In this document: one piece after another, positions 35,500 to 44,320 of the stretch
Position numbering within the stretch: position 1 is the first letter of the stretch
Layout of the letters: each line of letters opens with the position of its first letter
Origin: Chiloscyllium plagiosum
Taxonomy: Eukaryota
Assembly: GCF_004010195.1 (NCBI RefSeq)
Contig: NC_057756.1
Span: 9,468,923 to 9,513,242 of the forward strand
DNA: 44,320 nucleotides
Direction: 5' to 3'
Translations under genes and position numbers: made by a program
The notes under the pieces: generated by a model
The model's database searches: none
Told to the model about the DNA's origin: nothing
The model's input: the letters and a program-made list of their open reading frames with translations, nothing else

Positions 35500-37090
35500 T
35501 GAACCAGGTGAGATATGTGGAGATAGTCATCTTGATAATTAAAACATTTAAATGGACAATAATTTAAGACATGAAGATTTCAGATGATGGGGCTATGACT
35601 GTTTCCTTTGACTGTTTGCTCCACTGCAGAATTGTCCATGGGAAGAAAGATTGTTGATATTGTATCTGAGAAACAAATAATTTGTTTGGTAGCTACTTTG
35701 TATTTTGTCAGCAAAGCAGCAGTTTCTGACAATTTCCACCAGTTCATTTCATACTTTACGGAACATGGTAAATCTATTTTGTTACTCCATTGCTATGATT
35801 TCCTCCAAATGTTTGATCAAGCATATCACGTAAGAGTTCTTCCCATAATGATGTGTATAGAATCATGCAGTATTATCTTTGGGTTGCTTCAATCCTATTT
35901 ACTTCTATTGCCATGTAAGGATCCCATACAAAAAGAATCAATTTTTGGCAAACCATAACTCTGATTTGTTTTTTTGTTGCAGTTCTGAAAACTCCTTAGA
36001 AATCCAAGAAGTCTCTTTGCTTTGGATGCCACCTGTTGAATTTGGCATCCCCACTGAACATTTGTTTTATGATCATTATGGTTGTATAATTACAGAACTT
36101 ATAGCTATTGTTGTTGCATTTTTTTCTTGATAACACATATAGTATTTTTTGGCATTGAATGCTATCTCCCATTGGTACTGCCATCTTTTCAATTCTTGAA
36201 GATCATCTTGCAAATAACTGATATCATCTTGACTTTTCCCTGATGCATAAAGCACACAGTCATCCACAAATAATCAAATCCTTTTGTAAAAAGTCTTATT
36301 GGCAAAATCATTTAAGTATGTATGTCAACAAAAGAAAAGGGACCAAACATTCCACCATGGCATCCAAAGAAAACATCTCTGAGACAATGATTTCCTATTG
36401 CATATCAATTTTGTCATCAGTTGGTAAAGATGATTCGGATCTAACTTAATATCGGTTCCATGATTTTGCAGTGGTGTTGATTGAACAAGAGTGTTCTCAG
36501 GAAGAATTTTATCACAGACTTTTGAAAAACTGCCAAGTGAGTCGTTTAAACTCTTCTGGGACTTGAAGTTGGATTATCGACTGCCTGCAAAACTGTATTT
36601 TGGTTGATGTGTTTAGACCAAAAGCCATGCTATCTACAAGAAATTCAAAGTTCTTCAATACACTTCATGCCATGAGAGTAAACAATATGCTCATAGAATT
36701 TGTAAGTGGCACCAGTGAGAGGCACCAGCCTGTAGTTTTCTGGCTGACTATGATCTTCTTTGTGAGTATGTTAGCTCGGTTTTGCTGGTCTGGTAAGTAA
36801 CTGGCGTTAATTGACTCTTGAAAGAGGTTGGTCAATGGTGGAGCCAGTTCTTAAACTGACAAGTTTAAAACCCAAGAAGGCATTTCATTGATACCTGGAG
36901 GTTTGCATGGATTTTCTTTAATGCAATAACTTCACTTATAATCAGAGTTATAGTAAATGATAATGTCCAATAAATGATAATCACCTCTGCTGGGTAGGTG
37001 AGATAAATCTTCTCTTATGCTTCAGCTTTGGATCATGAATCTGTTTTCTGTTTTGATGTCTGAAACATCAACTTCTTCTATTTTAATTTT
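35500..37090 (-). mobile_element. ancient CR1/L2-group LINE RT, heavily decayed
   Basis: DDCVLY..DISYLQDDLQELKRWQYQWEIAFNAKK; C-terminal SFFPWTILQWSK. Confidence 0.65.
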
Positions 37091-37114
37091 CTTAATGAAT
37101 GACGTGATGCTCTA

Positions 37115-37425
37115 TGAATTCCATAGAACACCCCCACAGTGCAGAAGGAGGTCATTCAGCCCATCAAGTCCACACCAACACTCCAAGTGCATACCAACCA
37201 GAGCCAGACTCCTCCTGTAACTCATGACCTCCCACTTAATATGGTTAATCAAACTTGCCAGTACATCCTTGAACACTGCAGACAATTTCAGCATGGCTGA
37301 TCAACCTAACCATCTTTTGACTGCGGGAACACCATGAGGAAACCAATGCAGACACAGAGAGAACATGCAATAGATGGGTGGCCGAGGCTAGAATCAAACA
37401 CGGTCTCTGGCACTGTGAAGCAGTA
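37115..37425 (-). mobile_element. decayed HE1-type SINE
   Basis: tttcagcatggctgatcaacctaac..cttttgactgcggg..gaaaccaatgcagacacagagagaacatgcaa. Confidence 0.65.
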
Positions 37426-38039
37426 GAAGATTCTCCATATTAGAGATTGCAAGATATTCGGAAACAATATTTACAGATGACTATCTTCGTCTTGTTTTAA
37501 AGATACAGTTTCTTTTTACATAGACTATCGCATTCTTCATGGAACCCTTGGAGGTTCTCTGGTTGGATGTCAACTTGAGGAAAGGCATCTGGATGGGTAT
37601 ATGAATAAGAAAGAGGGATGTGGGCTAAATGTTGGCAAATGGGACGAGACTTATTAAGGATACCTGGTCGGCATGGACAAGTGGAACAGCAGGGTCTGCT
37701 TATGTTATGTAGTTCTCTATGACTGTCTTATCCGTGGCTCCTGTCAAGGTGTTTTGAAACGTGTCCTATCTTTCTTGCAATGACATGTGATGTGACTCCA
37801 ATGAAGGGTACCTGCTGCTGAAATTCTGAAGATGTTTCCTCAACCATTCCTTATCAGAATTTTTTTTTTGAGGTAATGAAGATGGTGTGGGAGAGAGGCG
37901 TGGGGCTCATGAAATGGGGGGGGGAAAAAAACAGTCGAGTCTGGGGAAATACAAGCAGTTTAAGCCCCCTTCAAGAATTTCCTGAGATATTTAAGATGTG
38001 GTTTGGTCTTTGCGCTCTTCTGCCTTGCTCTCCCCCTCT

Positions 38040-38205
38040 TCGTTGGGGCGGGGGGGCGGGGGGGACGGTTGAGGCAGGTTTTGGCGCCTGATTTTTCAAA
38101 CAGCTCGCGCTCCCGCGGCCGTTGGCGGCGCTGGAGTCACGTGTCAAACTCCCCACCGCCTGGAAACGCGCGATCCCCGCTGTAAATAGAGGCAGCGGGT
38201 CCGAA
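38040..38205. promoter_or_regulatory. CpG-rich promoter-like patch (GC boxes, E2F, CDE/CHR-like, E-box)
   Basis: GGGGCGGGG boxes 38045-38062, TTTTGGCGCC 38079-38088, minus-strand CGCGA-GCTG-TTTGAA 38095-38109, GTCACGTG 38136-38143; stands out as a non-repeat CpG cluster. Confidence 0.5.
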
Positions 38206-38229
38206 AATAAATTAAATTTAAAAATTTAA

Positions 38230-39135
38230 ATTGTGGTGCACTAGGAAAATGGGGGTAAATTTTATATTGTACTGCACCGGCAAGATTGGGTAATTTATAT
38301 TGTACTGTGTTGGGAAGATGGGGTAAAATATATTGTCGTGCATTGAGAAGATGGGGTAAATTATGTTGTAGTGCATTGAGAAAATGGATAAATTGTACTC
38401 CATTGGAAAGCTGGGGTAAATTATTATACTGCTTTGGGAAGGTGGGGTAACTTGCATTGGGAAGCTGGGGTAACTTGCATTGTGGCATTGGGAAGGTGGG
38501 GTAACTTGCATTGTGGTGCATTGGGAAGGTGGGGTAATTTGCACTGTGGTGCATTGGAAAGCTGGGGTAATTTGCACTGTGGTGCATTGGGAAGGTGAGG
38601 TAATTTGCACTGGTGCATTGGGAAGGTGAGGTAACTTGCATTGCAGTGCGTTGGGAAGCTGGGGTAACTTGCATTGTGGTGCATTGGGAAGGTGGGGTAA
38701 TTTGCACTGTGGTGCATTGGAAAGCTGGGGTAACTTGCATTGTGGTGCATGGGAAGGTGGGGTAATTTGCATTGTGGCATTGGGAAGGTGGGGTAATTTG
38801 CACTGGTGCATTGGAAAGCTGGGGTAACTTGCATTGCAGTGCGTTGGGAAGCTGGGGTAACTTGCATTGTGGCATTGGGAAGGTGGGGTAATTTGCACTG
38901 TGGTGCATTGGGAAGGTGGGGTAATTTGCACTGTGGTGCTTTGGGAAGGTGGGGTAATTTGGATTGTGGTGCATTGGGAGGGTGTGGTAATTATATCTGG
39001 TTGGCATGGATGAATTGGACTGAAGGGTCCGTTTCCCTGCTGTATATCTCAATATCTATGTCAAATGTCTATGTTGTCGTGTATTGGGAAGATGGATTAA
39101 ATTACATTGTAGTGCATGTGGAGATAGGGTGTGTT
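38230..39135. repeat. 30-33 bp minisatellite (TTGGGAAGGTGGGGTAATTTGCACTGTGGTGCA)
   Basis: Homogeneous core 38430-38975 with diverged flanks; short CR1 tail inserted about 38993-39060. Confidence 0.92.
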
Positions 39136-39684
39136 GTTAAATTGGGCCAGAAGCTAAATGATAAATCAGTGTCCAATTTGTAAAGTCATTTTTAAATCCG
39201 TTTTAAGGACTTGGACCTAAAAGAAATAACTCTGGAGAGTTGCAAGCTGCAACAAAAGCTTGAAAAAGTTGACATTGAAAAAACACTTTAAAAGCTGTGA
39301 GAGGAAAGAACAGATAACAAAAATCTATTTCATCCCAGCTCCTCAAATTGATCATTATACATAAGAAAGTGATCACGTTGAAAAAATGTAAACTAACATA
39401 TCAAGGATTCCAGTGCAAAATACCAATTTGGCAGATGTTTGAAGGGAAATTAAAACAAAAGTCCCATGAGAAGATTTTTAATAATTGTAAAACCTTTGAA
39501 ATAATTCATGAGTTTTTTTTATTTGAATTATGGCAGGCTATCCAGTTTCTGTAGTGTATTTTGGGTTTTTATAAAATTTGTTTGATTAACTTTTTTTCTG
39601 CAACCATATGGGACCACAGGTATGTCTTTAATTTGGATTTTCTGAAGGGCAAAGACATTTGGCTTGTGAGACTTTTAAAAAAAT

Positions 39685-40005
39685 ATTAATTCACAGGATG
39701 TGGGGTGTCACTGACTAGGCCAGCATTTATTGTCCATTCCTAATTACCAAGAGGATGGATAAGAGTCAACCACATTGTTGCAGATATGGAGTTGCACTTA
39801 GGCCAGACCAGGTAAGCACAGCAGTTCTTTCCTAAAGGACATTAATGAACTAACTTTTCTGTCCAATCAGCAAAGATTTCATGGTCATTATTCATCTCTT
39901 AATTTCAGATGTGTATTGAATGTGGCCAAAACAGGGTTCGAACTGGTTTTTCCCAGAACATTATTTTGGTCTGTGGATTAATAGTCTAGCAAAACCACCA
40001 CCATT
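39685..40005 (-). mobile_element. tRNA-derived SINE with an L2/Crack-type tail
   Basis: Minus-strand B-box-like AGTTCGAACCC; tail ccagcatttattgtccattcctaatt shared with the L2/Crack-like 3' ends. Confidence 0.55.
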
Positions 40006-40172
40006 AGAATATAGGTGGACGCCTTGCATTGTATCACCTTGGACAACGCAGTATGCCAATGATTTGCTTAGTAGCACCAATTACAACTTTCATAGCCAAA
40101 CCCTAGAATGGAACTTAAACCTAGAATCTTGTAACTCAGACTGTTAGAAATTGTGCTACAATTATTGGGTCA

Positions 40173-42062
40173 TTATAGATCACGAGACAAATGGAGAAAA
40201 TGGTTAAATTGTGAAATAAAATAATAAACTCAAATTTGCAGATCTCTTGGCTGAGCTTGATCTATGGTGTATTCCTGTGATTCTTGAAGTGACCAATCTG
40301 AATTTGACAATGATGTTTGCTGGGGCATGGGGGGGAGGTGATGCTGAGTCATCCTAAAATGTTGGAGGTTTTCAAGGCGTACAAAGTTAAAAATCACACA
40401 ACACCAGGTCACAGTCCAACAGATTTAATTGGAAACATTAGCTTTCGGGGCACTGCTCCTTCATCAAGTGGTTGTGGCGCTCACAATTGTAAGACACAGT
40501 TTATAGCAAAAGTTTACAGTGTGATGTAACTGAAATTGTACATTGAAAAATACCTTGATTGTTTAATTCACTCATCTGTTTGAATGACCATGTTAGTCTC
40601 ACTACCTCCATATGCAAATCACAAAGCTTTTTAAAAAAAGTTACATTCTCAGGTTAACTTTCACAATTGGTTAGGTAAAAATAATGACTGCAGATGCTGG
40701 AAACCAGATTCTGGATTAGTGGTGCTGGAAGAGCACAGCAATNNNNNNNNNNNNNNNNNNNNNNNNNNNNNNNNNNNNNNNNNNNNNNNNNNNNNNNNNN
40801 NNNNNNNNNNNNNNNNNNNNNNNNNNNNNNNNNNNNNNNNNNNNNNNNNNNNNNNNNNNNNNNNNNNNNNNNNNNNNNNNNNNNNNNNNNNNNNNNNNNN
40901 NNNNNNNNNNNNNNNNNNNNNNNNNNNNNNNNNNNNNNNNNNNNNNNNNNNNNNNNNNNNNNNNNNNNNNNNNNNNNNNNNNNNNNNNNNNNNNNNNNNN
41001 NNNNNNNNNNNNNNNNNNNNNNNNNNNNNNNNNNNNNNNNNNNNNNNNNNNNNNNNNNNNNNNNNNNNNNNNNNNNNNNNNNNNNNNNNNNNNNNNNNNN
41101 NNNNNNNNNNNNNNNNNNNNNNNNNNNNNNNNNNNNNNNNNNNNNNNNNNNNNNNNNNNNNNNNNNNNNNNNNNNNNNNNNNNNNNNNNNNNNNNNNNNN
41201 NNNNNNNNNNNNNNNNNNNNNNNNNNNNNNNNNNNNNNNNNNNNNNNNNNNNNNNNNNNNNNNNNNNNNNNNNNNNNNNNNNNNNNNNNNNNNNNNNNNN
41301 NNNNNNNNNNNNNNNNNNNNNNNNNNNNNNNNNNNNNNNNNNNNNNNNNNNNNNNNNNNNNNNNNNNNNNNNNNNNNNNNNNNNNNNNNNNNNNNNNNNN
41401 NNNNNNNNNNNNNNNNACTGTGGGAGGAAACTGGAGCACCCGGAGGAAACCCACGCAGACACGGGGAGAATGTGCAAACTCCACACAGTCAGTCGCCTGA
41501 GTCGGGAATTGAACCCGGGTCTCTGACGCTGTGAGGCAACAGTGCTAACCACTGTGCCACCGTGCCGCCCACAGTTGTTAAAGCTAACCTGAGAATGTAA
41601 CTTTTTTGTGATTTACAAATGAAAGAAGTCAGACTAAGATGGTCATTCTAACAGATGAGAGACTTAACAAACAATCAAGATATTTTTCAATGTATAATTT
41701 CTGTTAATCACACTGTAAACTTTTGCTATAAATTCTGTGTCTCTCACTCTTATACTCCACAACCACCTGATGAAGGAGCAGTGCCCTGAAAGCTAGTGCT
41801 TCCAATTAAACCTGTTGGACTGTGACCTGGTGTTGTGTGATTTTTTTTTTAACTTTGCATACCTTGAAAACCTCCAACATCTTAGGATGACTGAGCATCA
41901 CCCCCCATGCCCCAGCAAACATCATTGTCAAATTCAGATTTGGTCACTTCAAGAATCACAGGAATACACCATAGATCAAGCTCAGCCAAGAGATCTGCAA
42001 AGTTGAGTTTTTATTTGATTTCATTGTTTTAGCACTTCCTCCATTTGTCTCGTGATCTATAA
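40173..42062. repeat. long imperfect inverted repeat (about 490 bp arms) of PLE family B termini plus flank
   Basis: 40173-40668 is the reverse complement of about 41575-42062; hammerhead cores at 40439-40467 (-) and 41767-41795 (+). Confidence 0.85.
41417..41571 (-). mobile_element. HE1-type SINE 5' half (cut by gap)
   Basis: Minus GGGCGGCACGGTGGCACAGTGG...GGTTCAATTCC. Confidence 0.85.
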
Positions 42063-42102
42063 CACCAGAATCTCCAAATCAGTCTTCATTATGGGTATTC
42101 AT

Positions 42103-42445
42103 CATAGGATCCCTACAGTGTGGAAACAAGCCATTTGGCTCAACCAGTCCACACCAACCCTCCAAAGAGTACCCCACCCAGACACATTCCCCTACCCTGT
42201 CACTCGACATCCCCTCTAACTAATGGACCTAGAATACATATCCCTGAACACTGTGGGCAATTCCCCATGTTCAGTTTACCTAACCAGTAAATCTTTGGAC
42301 TGGGAGTAAACCAGAGCACCTGGAGGGAACACATGCAAACACGGGGAAAAAGTGCAACTCCATACAGACAGTTGCCAAAGTTGGAATTGACCCTGAGTCC
42401 TTGGCCTGTGAAGCAGCAGTGCTGACCACCGAACCACCAGGCCAC
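42103..42445 (-). mobile_element. HE1-type SINE, diverged
   Basis: Colinear with 1228-1663; tail atccctacagtgtggaaacaagcc. Confidence 0.8.
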
Positions 42446-42740
42446 TGTTCTGGAGCATCTTCATTGCAAACAGCAACAGATACCTGAAGTGAGATAGTTG
42501 ATGAAAGTTAGCAATGGAATGTTGCACATAGACATAAAAAAGTAAAGAGGGAATGATTCAGAAAAGAGGATAAAAGCTAGACTGCTTTTAGCAATTTGTT
42601 TTATTAGGCTATGGATACGGACTTGTTCACCCCCAATTGTTCTTGAGGTGGCAGTAGTGAGCTGCATTGTTCAACTGCTGCATTTCATATAGTGAGGGTG
42701 CTGTTGGAACAATGAGAGCGAAGCAATCTCCAAATATTGA

Positions 42741-42930
42741 TTCGGAGATGCCGGTGTTGGACTGGGGTGTACAAAGTTAAAAATCACACAACACCAGGTT
42801 ATAGTCCAACAGGTTTAATTGGAAGCACACTAGCTTGTCAATCACCTGATGAAGGAGCTTCGCTCCGAAAGCTAGTGTGCTTCCAATTAAACCTGTTGGA
42901 CTATAACCTGGTGTTGTGTGATTTTTAACT
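42741..42930. mobile_element. 190 bp PLE family B insertion: tail, perfect 62 bp inverted repeat around a hammerhead, 13 bp TSD
   Basis: Arms 42775-42836 / 42869-42930 are exact reverse complements; TSD ctccaaatattga 42728-42740 / 42929-42941. Confidence 0.85.
42843..42877 (+). ncRNA. minimal type I hammerhead ribozyme (PLE family B)
   Basis: cac-CTGATGA-a-GGAGC-ttc-GCTCC-GAAA-GC-TA-gtg: perfect stems I and II, palindromic AGCT in stem III. Confidence 0.75.
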
Positions 42931-43269
42931 CCAAATATTGACACAGACATAATGACGAACGTAAATCAAAGAATGGTGCAGCACAGAAACAGGCACTTCA
43001 GCTCAAAATGTTTGCACTGACCATGATGTCATTCAAAACTGATCCCATATAACTCCATAAACAATTATATATTTCAAAATAAAGGGTTTTGAGCAACTTG
43101 GAAAGGCACTTGCATATAGTGCTGTAGCCATGCACTGACGGATCACGTTCCTCAAAACGTCAGAGGTTGTATCTTCGCTGGTGCTATTGAGGAAACTAAT
43201 TGAGTCACTGCCATTTGTATTTGGCTTCCCAGACTTCCGGTGGAACAGATTAACTCCGACACTGCAAAG

Positions 43270-43420
43270 CATTGTGGATGCTGGAAATCTGAAATAAAAA
43301 CAGAAAGTGCTGGAGAAACTGAGCAGGTCGGGCAGAATCCTTGAAGAGAGAAACAGAGTTAATGTGTTAAGGAGCATCTCCAAGGAAATCATATATAAAT
43401 CAGAGCATTAACTCTGTTTC
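43270..43420. mobile_element. PLE-type terminus (family D) with a 15 bp inverted repeat
   Basis: gaaacagagttaatg 43350-43364 / cattaactctgtttc 43406-43420. Confidence 0.5.
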
Positions 43421-43684
43421 TGCTGAAGGAAGAATGAACTGATTTGCTTCAGGCTAAAGTTTCATTAGCTACGAAGTGTAGAGACAGCTCCTGAAATTGT
43501 GGAGATCTGATGACCTCTATCCCTAACTTGTTCACAACCCCACACTGTTCAGTTCTCTGGGAGCCAATCACATCATTGTTGGTAAACAGATGGTCAACAC
43601 CATTCTGGCTTCGAAGGTGGTATAGTGAGTAATTACGTTCAGTCTAACTAAGCTGAAGGCTTGGCGGTCAGGGGCTACTGAATG

Positions 43685-43912
43685 GCCTGGACAAGTGGAT
43701 GTTGGGAAGATGTTTCCACTGGCAGGAGAGACTAGGTTCTGAGGGGAGAGATAAGGAGAAAAGTCTTCAACCAGAGAGTGGTGAATGTTTGGAATTCATT
43801 GCCAAATAGAGGCTGTGGAGGCCAGGTCATTGAGTATATGTAAAACTGAGATAGATAGGTTATTGATTGTCGAGGGTTATGGGGAGAAAGTGGGAGAATG
43901 AGTTTGAGAAGC
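43685..43912 (+). mobile_element. CR1 LINE 3' fragment
   Basis: GLDKWMLGRCF.. and RRKVFNQRVVNVWNSLP. Confidence 0.7.
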
Positions 43913-43949
43913 CTCGTGATAGAGAGTCACCCGTGCCACGTGATAGAGA

Positions 43950-44320
43950 GTCGAGGAATAGGGAGAGAGAACAGTTAAATGCGTGGCTACAGGGATGGTG
44001 CAGGAGGGAGGGATTCCGGTATTTGGATAACTGGGGTTCTTTCTGGGGAAGGTGGGACCTCTATAAACAGGATGGTCTGCACCTGAACCAGAGGGGCACC
44101 AGTATCCTTGGGGGCAGGTTTGCTAGTGTTCTTGGGGGGGGGTTTAAACTAACTCTGCAGGGGCATGGAAACCCAGACTGTAGCTTTAGGGTGCAGGACC
44201 TGGAGTATAGGGAGGTTAGGAACATGGCATCAATCTCAAAGGAGGGTGCCTGTAAACAGGAAAGTGGCTTGAAGTGTATATACTTCAATGCAAGAAGTAT
44301 ACGAAATAAGGAAGGTGAAC
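43950..44320 (+). mobile_element. CR1 LINE, end of ORF1 (SGNH esterase) and start of ORF2; runs off the window
   Basis: RNREREQLNAWLQGWCRREGFRYLDNWGSFWGRWDLYKQDGLHLNQRG; LKCIYFNARSIRNKEGE. Confidence 0.85.

Noticed and set aside
35019..35567. 182 aa plus-strand ORF
   Set aside because: No recognisable domain; overlaps decayed minus-strand TE sequence.
38144..39052. Long repetitive ORFs (302 aa, 237 aa), and similar ones at 7032-8040 and 12383-13471
   Set aside because: Products of stop-free minisatellite units; no splice or homology support.
43095..43262. Candidate minus-strand exon (VGVNLFHRKSGKP...RQCMATALY)
   Set aside because: No recognisable protein, the acceptor derives from an adjacent repeat, and there is no canonical donor; needs RNA-seq.

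Overview
Repeat-dense eukaryotic DNA, most likely a cartilaginous fish (shark): it carries HE1-type tRNA SINEs, HER1/CR1 LINEs and Deu-type SINEs, with five N-gaps. The only clearly functional host gene is the 3' end (last four coding exons, + strand, 3276-11935) of a PP2A scaffold A subunit (PPP2R1A-like), including a GC-AG intron. The rest comprises: several families of Penelope-like element (PLE) termini carrying minimal type I hammerhead ribozyme cores, often as inverted pairs with target-site duplications (TSDs); a GIY-YIG Penelope inserted in a decayed C2H2 zinc-finger array; a decayed Ty1/copia (integrase then RT) in an intron; a nested CR1 > solo LTR > Tx1 LINE > templated local insertion; many CR1 and L2/Crack-like LINE fragments; five minisatellites, two apparently grown from SINE segments; and an orphan CpG-rich E2F/CDE-CHR/E-box promoter-like patch near 38.1 kb. 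Family names come from recalled motifs, not database searches.
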